Position numbers and translations under genes: made by a program. A stretch of DNA of 38,721 nucleotides, taken from contig CAZATK010000003.1 in the NCBI GenBank assembly GCA_964488085.1, forward strand, positions 1-38,721, written 5' to 3'. Shown one piece after another: positions 1-9,862 of this stretch (its first letter is position 1; each line of letters begins with the position of its first letter). The notes under the pieces are model-generated. The model ran no database searches and had not been told where the DNA came from. It saw only the letters and a list, made by a program, of their open reading frames with translations. Source of the DNA: an uncultured Candidatus Saccharibacteria bacterium. GTDB taxonomy: Bacteria > Patescibacteriota > Minisyncoccia > UBA6257 > UBA11618.

Positions 1-202
1 ATTTTCTAACAAATGGCAACAAACTTAAAAATCTGGATCTTTTTATAGCGCGAGCTAAACTGCGCTGATGTTTAGCGCAAATCCCAGTATAACGCCGATC
101 AATAATTTTTAACTGCCCAGAAACAAAACCCTTTAACAAGTCAGTTTCTTTATAATCAATTTCGTTTAAGTTTTGTGAACAAAAAAAACATTGTTTTGTC
201 AT
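1..202 (-). CDS. rpsR: 30S ribosomal protein S18 (3' end runs off window)
   Basis: Not in the ORF track. Manual translation from the ATG at 202 gives MTKQCFFCSQNLNEIDYKETDLLKGFVSGQLKIIDRRYTGICAKHQRSLARAIKRSRFLSLLPFVRK. This carries the S18 hallmarks (IDYK, TG.CAKHQR, AIKR.R, LLPF). It sits directly downstream of ssb in the classic rpsF-ssb-rpsR order. Confidence 0.9.
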   Translation of the reverse strand, partial: MTKQCFFCSQNLNEIDYKETDLLKGFVSGQLKIIDRRYTGICAKHQRSLARAIKRSRFLSLLPFVRK

Positions 203-206
203 ATTT

Positions 207-725
207 TTAGAATGGTAAATCTTCCGCTTTAATTTCCCCATCTTGAGGCATATTGAAAGAGCTGTCCTGCCTGCCTGCCGAATCCGCCGACATTGGCGGA
301 ACAGAATCCGCCCCCAACTCATCCAAATTAATAACTGGAACTTCGTTCATCTGGGGCTTCACTTCTTGAAATCGTTGCGAGCCGGTAGAACTGTTTGCCG
401 ATCTAGGGCCTAGTTGCATTCTTTCGGCCACAATTTCTGTTGTCTTTCTCTTTTGGCCCTGCTTATCATCCCAACTTCTAGTTTGCATACGTCCTTCTAT
501 CAAAACCAAACCGCCACGCCCTAAAAACTGCTGCGCAATTTCAGCTTGTCTGCCCCAAACAACTATATTGTGATATTCAACCTCTTCTCTTTTACCTGTA
601 ACCTTGTCGTTCCAAACTCGATTAGTGGCAATAGAAAAGGTGGCTACTTGATGACCGGTAGGCGTAACTCTTAATTGAGGGTCCGCCGTAAGTCTTCCTA
701 ATAAAAATACTTTATTTAAATTCAT
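207..725 (-). CDS. ssb: single-stranded DNA-binding protein
   Basis: N-terminal OB fold (MNLNKVFLLGRLTADPQLR...TFSIA...) and an acidic C-terminal tip ending DLPF. Lies between rpsF and rpsR. Confidence 0.92.
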   Translation of the reverse strand: MNLNKVFLLGRLTADPQLRVTPTGHQVATFSIATNRVWNDKVTGKREEVEYHNIVVWGRQAEIAQQFLGRGGLVLIEGRMQTRSWDDKQGQKRKTTEIVAERMQLGPRSANSSTGSQRFQEVKPQMNEVPVINLDELGADSVPPMSADSAGRQDSSFNMPQDGEIKAEDLPF

Positions 726-728
726 CTC

Positions 729-1196
729 TTAAGTTTGCTGTAATATTTTTTCTAAGGCCTCTTCAAGAACCTCATTACTTACCGATTCGGTCTTGGGAGG
801 ATTAACATCAACCGAAACTGGCGAATTAGTTTTAATTTCGTTATCTGTTCGAGATGTTTTTTGCAACTTTTGAATAGGAGGAGTAATTAATAAAAATCTT
901 AAGATATGCGATTGGAGTCTTAATTCGCTTTCAATAAGTTTTATATGGCTTGATAGTGAATAAAAATAATAAACCACTAAAAAAGCAGTTGTGTGTTTTT
1001 TTATGGGATAAGCCAAATTGATTGTTTTTGGACCGTCCTTCTGATAAATCTCAACTTGATTCTTCGTTAAAAAATCGGCCACAACGCCTTCGGCTGATTC
1101 GTCATCTAACAAAACAGCTAATTCGTACTGCTTTTTCTCTTTCTCCAACTCATTTTCCATTAGCAAGAATATATCAAAAGTATTGGATAACGTCAA
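729..1196 (-). CDS. rpsF: 30S ribosomal protein S6
   Basis: The YELAVLL...E core and its position upstream of ssb-rpsR. The true start may be the internal Met at about 1160 (MENELEKEKKQYELAVLL), because the 1196 start overlaps the tatD stop. Confidence 0.7.
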   Translation of the reverse strand: MTLSNTFDIFLLMENELEKEKKQYELAVLLDDESAEGVVADFLTKNQVEIYQKDGPKTINLAYPIKKHTTAFLVVYYFYSLSSHIKLIESELRLQSHILRFLLITPPIQKLQKTSRTDNEIKTNSPVSVDVNPPKTESVSNEVLEEALEKILQQT

Positions 1197-1969
1197 CCCT
1201 TCAATAAAACTTCATAAACATTATTTGTTGTTTTTTGAATTACGTCTTCTAACGCTAAATTTTTGATTTCTGCCATCTTTTTAGCTACCTCCAATACATA
1301 AAGGGGTTCGTTTCTTTGCCCGCGATATGGCACAGGAGAGACATAAGGCGCGTCAGTTTCCAACATAATTTTTTCTATGGGTAAGAACTTTATTACCTCG
1401 TCATAATCTCTTATGAAAGTAATAACGCCACCGAAAGTAAAATAAAAACCCGCATCAAAGAGCTTTTTTGTAACAGCTAAAGAACCATTAAAAAAATGCA
1501 CAATTTTTATCATTTGCCACTGGCTACCTGTCATAAGTTCCAATAAATCATTATATGCGTCATCCGTATCTTTACTGGGCCTGCAATGAATCATCAGCGG
1601 CTTTTTTAATTGTCGAGCCATCTCCGCCTGCTTCAAAAAAATTTCTCTTTGCTCATTTTTGGGAGGATTATTATTTCTGAAGTAGTCCAGACCGCACTCG
1701 CCAATCGCCACCACTTTTTTGTGATTGGCAATTTTCTCAAAAGATTCTAGATCAAAATTTTTTTCTGTTGGATGAAAACCAACCGTTGCCCAAATGTCTT
1801 CCGGATATTTTTCAGCGATAGCGATGGCGGATTTTGATGTTTCTAAATTTGTGCCCACAGCAATCATTTTTACGCCAGCATCTTGAGCTCGTTTAATAAC
1901 TTGATCTCGATCTTTATTGTAGGCAGAAAAATGAATATGGGTATGAGCGTCAAAAACTACCTCTTTCAT
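1193..1969 (-). CDS. tatD: TatD-family metal-dependent hydrolase/DNase
   Basis: DAHTHIHF N-terminal metal motif, AIGECGLDYF, MIHCR and ETDAPY motifs. Adjacent to metG, as is common. Confidence 0.88.
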   Translation of the reverse strand: MKEVVFDAHTHIHFSAYNKDRDQVIKRAQDAGVKMIAVGTNLETSKSAIAIAEKYPEDIWATVGFHPTEKNFDLESFEKIANHKKVVAIGECGLDYFRNNNPPKNEQREIFLKQAEMARQLKKPLMIHCRPSKDTDDAYNDLLELMTGSQWQMIKIVHFFNGSLAVTKKLFDAGFYFTFGGVITFIRDYDEVIKFLPIEKIMLETDAPYVSPVPYRGQRNEPLYVLEVAKKMAEIKNLALEDVIQKTTNNVYEVLLKG

Positions 1970-2098
1970 CCCTCACTCAAAAAGAATTGGTTGCGTAAAA
2001 ACAGCCAATTCTATTAGATTAACTTTGCTTGATCGACTGATTGAATTTTGTATATCTTGTTTAAACATAGTTAGAGATTCTTTTTGAGTGCAGGGATT

Positions 2099-3502
2099 TC
2101 ATATTCTAGGAAATAAACTTATTTTTCGTTTATTTTGTATACCCTCTTTAATTTTTTCAGCGGTTAATGGCAAAAAAGGCGCTAATAAGTCAGCAATATT
2201 TTTTAATAAAAAAACAATGTCGCCAATAACCGCAACATCCCCACTCTCCCATGGTTTTTTTTCGTTAACATAAGCATCGCCAAAAGCAATCAATTCCCAA
2301 ATGCTCGCCAACGCTTCATTAAATTTATATTCCTGCATTTTTTTATTAACCTTTTCTTTAGTTAATCTAATTTTACTTTCAATTTCACTATCAGCTGTTT
2401 GCGATTTACTATCTTCTAGTTTTACTGCAAGCGTAAGCACACGAGCAGTAAAATTACCCAAGCCATTAGCCAAATCAGCGTTATATCTTTCTTCAAATTT
2501 TTTATAACTGAAATCGCCGTCGTCAGTGGGTGGAATTTCACGCAACAAATGATAACGTACCGCATCCACGCCATATTTTTTTACCAATTCTACGGGATCA
2601 ATAACATTCCCCAATGTCTTAGACATTTTTTGACCATCGACAGTAATATGGCCATGAACGAAAATATTTTTAGGCAAGGGTAGTTTGGCAGACAAAAGCA
2701 TTGCTGGCCAAAATAAGGCGTGAAATCTTAAAATATCTTTGCCAATACAATGTAAATCAGCTGGCCATAAGTCCGCCCTCTGACGGATTGGATATAAATA
2801 ATTACTTAATGCATCCGCCCAAACATAAATAGTTTGAGTGTCATCACCAGGTACTGGCACGCCCCAAGATAAATCTTTTCTCGGACGAGAAAAACTAATA
2901 TCTTCAATACCCTGATCTATAAAATTAACTATTTCGCGAGCCCTACCGTCGGGTACAATCAATAATTCGCCATTAGTTATTAATTCACGAACCTTCGGGG
3001 CATATTTAGAAAGTTTAAAAAAATAATTTTCTTCTTCAATCACTTCCGGCTCTTTGCCGTGATCTCTGCACTTGCCATCAACTAAATCTTTTTCTGTAAC
3101 AAAAGCTTCGTGTCCAACACAATAAAGTCCTCTGTAATTTTTTTTATAAATATCGCCTGCCTCAACTAATTTATTCCATAAAGAAATTACATTGGGCCAA
3201 TGGCGATTTTGGTCGGAAGTGCGAATAAAATCATCCCAAGAGATATTTAAAATATTTTTCAGCGCTTCAAATTTTGCCGCATTTTCATCAACAAAATCTT
3301 TAATTTCTTTTTTTGCCACTTCAGCGGCTTTTACAATTTTAGCCCCATGTTCATCTGTCCCTGTTAAGAAAAAAACTTCGTTGCCCTTATCGCGCTGAAA
3401 ACGCGCGATAATGTCTGCCTGTATTAATTCCAAAGCAAAACCCAGATGCGGCGCCGCATTTACATAAGCAATAGAAGTTGTGATATAAAACTTATTTGAC
3501 AT
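2099..3502 (-). CDS. metG: methionyl-tRNA synthetase (short form)
   Basis: Class I aaRS with an AAPHLGFA (HIGH-like) motif and a KMSKTLGN (KMSKS) motif. N-terminus FYITTSIAYVNA is typical of MetRS. Confidence 0.93.
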   Translation of the reverse strand: MSNKFYITTSIAYVNAAPHLGFALELIQADIIARFQRDKGNEVFFLTGTDEHGAKIVKAAEVAKKEIKDFVDENAAKFEALKNILNISWDDFIRTSDQNRHWPNVISLWNKLVEAGDIYKKNYRGLYCVGHEAFVTEKDLVDGKCRDHGKEPEVIEEENYFFKLSKYAPKVRELITNGELLIVPDGRAREIVNFIDQGIEDISFSRPRKDLSWGVPVPGDDTQTIYVWADALSNYLYPIRQRADLWPADLHCIGKDILRFHALFWPAMLLSAKLPLPKNIFVHGHITVDGQKMSKTLGNVIDPVELVKKYGVDAVRYHLLREIPPTDDGDFSYKKFEERYNADLANGLGNFTARVLTLAVKLEDSKSQTADSEIESKIRLTKEKVNKKMQEYKFNEALASIWELIAFGDAYVNEKKPWESGDVAVIGDIVFLLKNIADLLAPFLPLTAEKIKEGIQNKRKISLFPRI

Positions 3503-3557
3503 GATAATAGCTAGATGTTACACTGTTGCGTAGTTGCTTGGCAAATAAGGAGAGAAA

Positions 3558-3824
3558 ATGAGTGAGCGCAAGACCTCGTTAATGGGCAAGATTTCTTTAA
3601 TGGGACTATCTTGCAACTTGTATAAGAACAACGAAAACGGAAGGTGGATTTTAGGAACCAGATTGTGTGACAGAGAACTTTTTAATAAATACACTCATCA
3701 ACTTTTTGACGATGATCTTCTGGAGTTTTGGCAAACAGAAAAATCGGTTCTTGTTGAAACCCGATTCACAAATCTCAAACATTTGCTTGCAAAACTCAGG
3801 AAACCGAAACCAATAGAATGCTAA
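3558..3824 (+). CDS. hypothetical small protein (88 aa)
   Basis: AAGGAG-type SD (ataaggagagaaaATG) and a terminator hairpin immediately after the stop. Higher GC than its neighbours. No recognisable motif. Confidence 0.5.
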   Translation: MSERKTSLMGKISLMGLSCNLYKNNENGRWILGTRLCDRELFNKYTHQLFDDDLLEFWQTEKSVLVETRFTNLKHLLAKLRKPKPIEC

Positions 3825-3825
3825 T

Positions 3826-3847
3826 CCCCCTCCCGAGGGGGGTTTTG
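3826..3847. terminator. GC hairpin plus T-run between convergent genes
   Basis: ccccctcccgagggggg followed by ttttgtt. Lies between the stop of the 88-aa ORF (+) and the stop of the AI-2E transporter gene (-). Confidence 0.6.
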
Positions 3848-4870
3848 TTATAATCCTAATCCCCTTCTCTTCTGTTTAGCGGCTGACCAGTCTTCTATTA
3901 TTTCTTGCAATAATACCGCCGCTGGAACTGCCAAAATTAAACCAACGAAGCCGAAAAGCGCGCCACCCAATAATATTGAAATCATTACCACCGCCGGATT
4001 TAAGCTAGTAGTAAACTTCATAACTGAAGGCACTAAAATATGATTTTCAATTTGTTGAATAATTACAAACAAAGCGAAAGTATAGACCATTAAAGTAACT
4101 GATTGGGATAAGGCCAATAAAACCGCTAGCCCGCCTCCAAAAACAGGCCCAACAAAGGGAATGATTTCAAAAATACCGGCTAATATTCCCAAAATAAGAC
4201 TATACTCTATGTCCAACAACCAAAGACCCACAAAAACAGAAGTGCCGACAATTAAACTTAAAATTAACTGGCCTTTAAGCCACCGTCCAATTTTTTTACG
4301 AACACGAAAATAGAGATCGAGGGTGTAATTTTCATAAGTCTGCGGCACAACAGATTCTATCAACTTTTCTACTCCATCCTGCCCTACCGTTAAATAAAAA
4401 GATAAGATTAAAACCGCAATCGCTAAAAATATTCCACCGAATAAAGAACTCGCTATAGTTAACACCGAAGCGGAGCCGCTAATAAGCTGATCTGTTAAGC
4501 TAGTCAGCCGTTCTCCAATTGTGCCAAAAGCTTTTGAAGCGTCTAAAAATTCCAAAAATGGGCTGGTGTAATCTTTAAAATTCAAAAATAGATTGGTAAA
4601 TTCAGAAATAGCTATTGGAAGCACGGCATAGACCAAAGCCGCCACAACAGTTATCGCGCATATAAAAATAATTAGAGTTCCAAGTATTCTTGGCAATCCC
4701 TTTTTTTGCATCCAGGTTACCGGACTATCTAAAGCCGCCGCTATCACAATCGCTAAAAATAATCCGAGTATAACTTCTAGACCCGCATAAACTACCCAGG
4801 CCAAAACAGCCATCGAAACAATTCTCCATAAACTGGCCCAAGATATTTCAAAAGGTAATTTTTGTTCCAT
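3848..4870 (-). CDS. AI-2E family transporter (PerM/UPF0118-like permease)
   Basis: 340 aa, multi-TM, with the typical C-terminal IPFVGP...LAVP pattern of the family. Confidence 0.8.
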   Translation of the reverse strand: MEQKLPFEISWASLWRIVSMAVLAWVVYAGLEVILGLFLAIVIAAALDSPVTWMQKKGLPRILGTLIIFICAITVVAALVYAVLPIAISEFTNLFLNFKDYTSPFLEFLDASKAFGTIGERLTSLTDQLISGSASVLTIASSLFGGIFLAIAVLILSFYLTVGQDGVEKLIESVVPQTYENYTLDLYFRVRKKIGRWLKGQLILSLIVGTSVFVGLWLLDIEYSLILGILAGIFEIIPFVGPVFGGGLAVLLALSQSVTLMVYTFALFVIIQQIENHILVPSVMKFTTSLNPAVVMISILLGGALFGFVGLILAVPAAVLLQEIIEDWSAAKQKRRGLGL

Positions 4871-4892
4871 TTATTTATATAATGCAACAAAC

Positions 4893-6167
4893 TTAAATTA
4901 AACGCAAATCATACTCAAACTCTTTAGCATCCTTAAATGGCCCCACAATAGCCAAATTAAGACGATCGTTTTTAAAAACATATTGAGCAACTGATAAAAT
5001 ATCTTCTGCGGTCACCTTGTTAATATTTTCTAAAGCTTCTTGGGGCGAAATAACAGATTTAGTAAGAACCTCCTGACCGCCATAAAAAACAGCTTGAGCA
5101 TCAGAAGTTTCTAATCCCAAAATTAAATTCCCGCTAAGATGATTTTTAGCTCTTTGCAATTCTTCTTTGCTTATTTTCTTATTTGTAAAATTATTTATTT
5201 CATCTAATATGGCCCTTAAAACAATTTTAACTTTGGTATTGTCAATACCGGCTCGAACCGTTAATTGACCGCAATCCGTATGATAATCAGCACTGGCATT
5301 TACATAATAAGCCGCTCCTAATTTTTCTCGAACGCGCTGAAATAATCTTGAGCTCATTCCCCCGCCCAAAGCATCAGCTAAAACATCCAAAGCAAAACGA
5401 CGCTTGTCAAAAACATCAAAAGCCCGACAACCAACTACAATATGAGTTTGATCTAATGCTTTGTGTTGCAGTAGAACAGCCGGCTTGTTTTGCTTTTCAA
5501 CAGTTTTTACTTTTCCAAATTTTTTGGATACAGGCATGCCATCAAAAGCTTTTTCTAGTTTTTTAATAGCATCTTTCTCTTCAAAATTACCGGACAACAC
5601 GACCGTGGTTGCTTGAGCGACATAATGAGCGCCCCGATACTTTAAAAAATCGTCCCTTTTAAGTTCCCTTATAATTTCTTTTTTACCGCCAATCGGCCAA
5701 CCCGCTGGCTGATCGCCATACATTAACTCGTCAAAAAGCTCCGCCACTTTATTGGGAGGCAAATCCTCATACATATTTAATTCTTCAATAATTACCCCTT
5801 TTTCTTTTTCAATTTCATCAGCGTTAAAAACAGGATTAAGATATAAATCCGAAACAATATCAATGACTTTGTCTAAATGATGAAATTCCGCCTTCGCATA
5901 ATATCCGGTATATTCCTGACTTGTAAAAGCATTGTAAGCAGCGCCAATTCCATCCAACTCGCCGGAAATATTAAGAGCGGTCTTTCTGTTTTTTGTCCCC
6001 TTAAAACACATATGCTCTAAAAAATGAGATAAGCCATTTATTTCCTTGGTTTCATATTTTGATCCGGCTTCAACTAAAACTAATAATGTTACCGCTAAAT
6101 TTTCCTTATTGGGTACGGTAATAATCTTGAGGCCATTTTCTAAAATTGTTTTATGATAATTTGTCAT
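4893..6167 (-). CDS. M16 family (pitrilysin/insulinase-like) zinc peptidase
   Basis: Inverted zinc motif HFLEHMCFKGT (HxxEH) near the N-terminus. Length of about 420 aa is typical. Confidence 0.88.
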   Translation of the reverse strand: MTNYHKTILENGLKIITVPNKENLAVTLLVLVEAGSKYETKEINGLSHFLEHMCFKGTKNRKTALNISGELDGIGAAYNAFTSQEYTGYYAKAEFHHLDKVIDIVSDLYLNPVFNADEIEKEKGVIIEELNMYEDLPPNKVAELFDELMYGDQPAGWPIGGKKEIIRELKRDDFLKYRGAHYVAQATTVVLSGNFEEKDAIKKLEKAFDGMPVSKKFGKVKTVEKQNKPAVLLQHKALDQTHIVVGCRAFDVFDKRRFALDVLADALGGGMSSRLFQRVREKLGAAYYVNASADYHTDCGQLTVRAGIDNTKVKIVLRAILDEINNFTNKKISKEELQRAKNHLSGNLILGLETSDAQAVFYGGQEVLTKSVISPQEALENINKVTAEDILSVAQYVFKNDRLNLAIVGPFKDAKEFEYDLRLI

Positions 6168-7449
6168 TAAAATAAGAGTGAAGTTTATCTATTTTAATCC
6201 TTTCCTGTTTCATTGTATCTCGATCTCTAATCGTAACAGCATTATCTTCTAAAGTTTCAAAGTCAACAGTAACGCAAAAAGGCGTTCCTATTTCATCTTG
6301 GCGACGATAGCGCTTGCCAATGCTTTGAGTTTCGTCATAATCACAAACCAAGTTTTTGCGCAGACTCTCATAAATAGAATGGGAAGTTTTTATTAATTCT
6401 TCTTTTTTAGATAATGGCAAAATTGCCACTTTAAAGGGCGCCATCCATTTAGGAAACTTCATAACTACTCTTTTTTCAGTTTCTCCTTCTTCTGCGGTTG
6501 GGGCTTCCTCTTCGCTATAAGCCTCTAACATTGCCACTAATACTGTTCGATCTAAACCGAATGTTGGCTCAATAACATGCGGTAATGGCTTGGGAAAATC
6601 TTGACCGCTTTTTTCCGCATGATTTTTTAAGTCAAAATCAGAACGATAAGCAATGCCATAAAGCTCCTTCCTCCCAAAAGGATAGTCATATTCTATATCT
6701 ACCGTTCTCTTAGAGTAGTGAGCTCTTTCCCCATCGGGTATTTCATGAAAATACAATTTATCTTTTTTAATGCCAACATGAGCCGTCCATTTTTTCATTT
6801 CTTCCAACCAATATTCAAAAAATTTCTCCCAATCTTTTTCTTCAACAAAATACTCAAATTCCATTAAATCAAATTCTCTGGTTCTAAAAATAAAATTGCC
6901 CGGAGTAATTTCGTTTCTAAATACTTTTCCTTGAGCGGCTATGCCAAATGGGATTTGCTTGCGAGTTGTTTGAGAAATAATAGGAAAATCTACAAACATA
7001 GCCTGCGCCAATTCACCGCGCAAATAAACCTCATCCGATTTTTCTCCCGTAGGACCCAAATAAGTTTTAAACAGCAAATTAAAATTTTTGGGATCGGTCA
7101 ATTCACCACCGCAATCAGGACACTTATTATTGATTATTTCAGGAGAGTCGATTCGAAAACGATTATGGCATTTTTTGCACTCCACTAACGGATCGGAAAA
7201 ATTTTTTATATGCCCTGAAGCTTCCCAAACTTTTGGATTCATAATAATGGCCGGACCCACACCAACCATATCTGCTCTTTGATGAACAAAAATTTTCCAC
7301 CATTCCTGCTTAATATTATTTTTTAATTCAATGCCCAAATGGCCATAATCCCAAGAATTGGCTAATCCCCCATAAATTTCCGAACCGGGAAAAATAAACC
7401 CCCGTCTTTTGGCAAGACTAATAATTTTCTCCATTAAATCAGAACCCAT
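6151..7449 (-). CDS. glyQS: glycyl-tRNA synthetase (alpha2 dimeric type)
   Basis: N-terminus RRGFIFPGSEIYGGLANSWDYGHLG, class II motifs and a C-terminal anticodon-binding domain (FPKWMAPFKVAILPL). Confidence 0.93.
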   Translation of the reverse strand: MGSDLMEKIISLAKRRGFIFPGSEIYGGLANSWDYGHLGIELKNNIKQEWWKIFVHQRADMVGVGPAIIMNPKVWEASGHIKNFSDPLVECKKCHNRFRIDSPEIINNKCPDCGGELTDPKNFNLLFKTYLGPTGEKSDEVYLRGELAQAMFVDFPIISQTTRKQIPFGIAAQGKVFRNEITPGNFIFRTREFDLMEFEYFVEEKDWEKFFEYWLEEMKKWTAHVGIKKDKLYFHEIPDGERAHYSKRTVDIEYDYPFGRKELYGIAYRSDFDLKNHAEKSGQDFPKPLPHVIEPTFGLDRTVLVAMLEAYSEEEAPTAEEGETEKRVVMKFPKWMAPFKVAILPLSKKEELIKTSHSIYESLRKNLVCDYDETQSIGKRYRRQDEIGTPFCVTVDFETLEDNAVTIRDRDTMKQERIKIDKLHSYFNDKLS

Positions 7450-7471
7450 AACATCAATAGTAATTTAATTT

Positions 7472-9130
7472 CTATTGCATCACAATTCCATTGCTACCTA
7501 CGCTAGAGTCATCGGGTAGCGCGGTTGTAATTTCTAGATCAACGCCGAACAATTCAAGACCAGTGAAATCATCCACGGCAGTTATCTTGGTTTCACCCAA
7601 TAAAGGCATATATTGACCCAAATTAGAATTGGAAGGAATAGCTTGTATCTGAAATATTCCTTCTAATGGCTTACCAATTACCCCGGTTGTTGCTCCTATT
7701 CTGTTAATTTTCCAAACAACTTCGTTAGAAGCGACATTAAAAACTGGCTTGCTATCAACATTACTTTGGGCATTGCCGACAAAAGTTACGCCCGGCTTTA
7801 ATTCTGCCCGAACAACCACATCTTTAACGTCATTAGTATAATTGGATATTAACCAATGGACAGTATAATTGGTTGGGACGCCAATTTTTGGCGGTATTGG
7901 TCCCTTGTTTAGAATTCCTGAATTAGCATCTCTAAAATAGCCCCTTGCGTCCACTGTAATTTGTCCAGCCACCTTGGTCTCCAATTCAACTTTATTTGAA
8001 TATTCACCGCTCGTCGCTTCTGCTTCTACTTTCAAAACTAAATTTCTATCGCCCAACCTTTTGATTCCATAATCATTTTTAACCTTCACAGAAAAAGTAA
8101 CAGAACCGCCGGCTTCATCTAAATTAGCATTTTTCCAAATAATTTGATTACTACCGGGCTGAATAAATCCGCCATCATAAACTTGAATCGTAGAGAGATC
8201 AAACACAGAGCCAATTAATTTAATTTTAATATCCGCTTTGCCCGAATAGCCAACGCCATAATTTAATATATCTCCGGGTCTAGCAATATAATTGTCGGTC
8301 TCATTTAAATTTATACCAATATATAACGAAGATTCTTTAGTAGTAATTAATGCCTTTTCTTGAGCCACTAAATATTTAGTTAATTGAACTTCTTTTAGAA
8401 CAGAAACTACAAATTCTAGGGTGCTGGTTGTATTGCCTAATAATTTTCCAGATATAGATAAATTTCCAGAGGATCCCTTCCTTAATGAATCAATATTCCA
8501 GACATTGTTTTTTAAATCGGGTTCCGCGCTAGATTTTGTATAAGAAAAATCTTTTGGATAAGAAACTTCTAAAGATAGTTCGCTCAAATCAACATCTGCG
8601 ATATTTTGATAATCAATTTTCAAATTAATTTTTCCCCCATTAACAACCTCCTTGGGAGAATCTATTTTTAAACTTATTGGAACTTGAATAGATGGTATTT
8701 TCCAGACTTGCTTTTCTTCAAAACGAGAACCGACCCCTTCTGGGGTATAACTAAGTAAAATATCCACATCTTTTTGCTCAATAGCCATTAGTTTGAATGC
8801 GACTTGCGTCAAACTACCACTGCCCAAGTTGCCTAAATTTTTTATGTTAAAAGATCGATCGGATTCGTTACTAAAAAAAACTATGCCCTCCGGCAAGGAT
8901 AAAGACAACTTCACATCCTGCCAAATATTCCCCGAATTATTATTAATATTGACAACTAAATCAAACGGAACCCCGCTATATATATTTTCTTCTGCCTGAA
9001 ATTCTAAATGATTGTTAGTATCGCTATTGGAATTATAAAAAAAGTAAAAACCAAACGCCGTACCTGAAATAACAAGCGCAAATATAAGGGCTGGCCAAAA
9101 TCCAGATAAAAATCGAAACATTCCCACCAT
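7472..9130 (-). CDS. membrane-anchored hypothetical protein with repeated beta-sandwich-like segments
   Basis: N-terminal TM segment (FWPALIFALVISGTAF), then 500 aa rich in Ser/Thr/Asn/Gly with repeated beta-strand patterning (DUF11/CARDB-like impression only). Confidence 0.6.
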   Translation of the reverse strand: MVGMFRFLSGFWPALIFALVISGTAFGFYFFYNSNSDTNNHLEFQAEENIYSGVPFDLVVNINNNSGNIWQDVKLSLSLPEGIVFFSNESDRSFNIKNLGNLGSGSLTQVAFKLMAIEQKDVDILLSYTPEGVGSRFEEKQVWKIPSIQVPISLKIDSPKEVVNGGKINLKIDYQNIADVDLSELSLEVSYPKDFSYTKSSAEPDLKNNVWNIDSLRKGSSGNLSISGKLLGNTTSTLEFVVSVLKEVQLTKYLVAQEKALITTKESSLYIGINLNETDNYIARPGDILNYGVGYSGKADIKIKLIGSVFDLSTIQVYDGGFIQPGSNQIIWKNANLDEAGGSVTFSVKVKNDYGIKRLGDRNLVLKVEAEATSGEYSNKVELETKVAGQITVDARGYFRDANSGILNKGPIPPKIGVPTNYTVHWLISNYTNDVKDVVVRAELKPGVTFVGNAQSNVDSKPVFNVASNEVVWKINRIGATTGVIGKPLEGIFQIQAIPSNSNLGQYMPLLGETKITAVDDFTGLELFGVDLEITTALPDDSSVGSNGIVMQ

Positions 9131-9166
9131 TTAACCATTAAATAGTTCTAGAGTCAAAATAACCCA

Positions 9167-9190
9167 ACTTTTCAACGATCGTTGAAAAGT
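9167..9190. terminator. perfect 24-nt palindrome downstream of recO
   Basis: acttttcaacgatcgttgaaaagt. U-rich tracts follow on both strands (ttgggttatttt on the minus strand). Confidence 0.45.
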
Positions 9191-9246
9191 GCTATGTTTT
9201 TTTAATAATTATTAAATTATTAATTATTTATTAGGGATTTTTAATT

Positions 9247-9750
9247 TTACAAAATTAAAAGAAAGTGTTGTTGATTTTGAGAAGCGCAATTTTTGCAGTA
9301 AAAACTTAATTCCTTGAAAGAAAAATGAGTGGGGTCTTGCTCGCAAACAACACAAGAAGCAAATTCGTGGCTGTAACCCAAAATATTTAAAACCATGCCG
9401 AGGTTTGGATATTTTTTTTGATGCAATACTTGTAAAATGGTCCACAAAGAAAAATCTGGTTCGTTTTCTAAAGTTAATTCTTGAACTGCTCTGATAATTT
9501 GAAGAAAGTTCAGGGGTAATTTTTCTTTTCTTAATACATCTATAACTTGAAAATTATTTTTATGAACTAATCGAACATCTACAATATTTAACGGTTCTAA
9601 ATGAGGATTAAGTTTAGAAATAATTTTACGAGCGCTAGTAACTTTAGCTGAAATTCTACCCAGCTCTTTAGTGTACAAAAAAACACGAGAGTCAAACTCC
9701 CCTTTATTTTGCTTATCCAGTACTAATGCTTCTGTAAAATATTCTCTCAC
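9247..9750 (-). CDS. recO: DNA repair protein RecO (short form)
   Basis: N-terminal OB pattern (EALVLDKQNKGEFDSRVFLYTKELGRISAKV) and a C-terminal CxxC...CxxC zinc finger (CVVC...CKNC). Confidence 0.8.
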   Translation of the reverse strand: MREYFTEALVLDKQNKGEFDSRVFLYTKELGRISAKVTSARKIISKLNPHLEPLNIVDVRLVHKNNFQVIDVLRKEKLPLNFLQIIRAVQELTLENEPDFSLWTILQVLHQKKYPNLGMVLNILGYSHEFASCVVCEQDPTHFSFKELSFYCKNCASQNQQHFLLIL

Positions 9751-9775
9751 TGAGATAGGTTAATTCTAATCAATT

Positions 9776-9804
9776 TTGCTAAAAAACAGAAAATTCATTA
9801 GAAT
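9776..9804 (+). promoter_or_regulatory. sigma70-like promoter for tRNA-Gly
   Basis: TTGCTA-N17-TAGAAT. The predicted TSS at about 9810 places a roughly 50-nt structured leader ahead of the tRNA. Confidence 0.45.
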
Positions 9805-9862
9805 AACAGTCATTAGTGAGCGAAGCCCGCCTACGCGCCTTTGGCGCTTCGGCGAGGCGTAG

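Noticed and set aside
1022-1207. Many short ORFs lie antisense to, or nested in, confident genes. Examples: 1022-1207, 2088-2273, 2301-2507, 3192-3398, 5348-5566, 6931-7282, 8793-8999, 12161-12466, 16547-16813, 18033-18344, 18581-18808, 19218-19403, 20055-20267, 20342-21188, 24726-25592, 26733-27212, 27382-27918, 28525-28809, 31215-31553, 31909-32427.
   Set aside because: Each lies fully inside a longer ORF that has clear family motifs on the other strand or frame. They have low-complexity or odd composition and no SD, so they are shadow ORFs typical of AT-rich DNA.
9224-9445. 73-aa ORF overlapping recO in another frame.
   Set aside because: The recO frame carries recognisable RecO motifs over the same bases.
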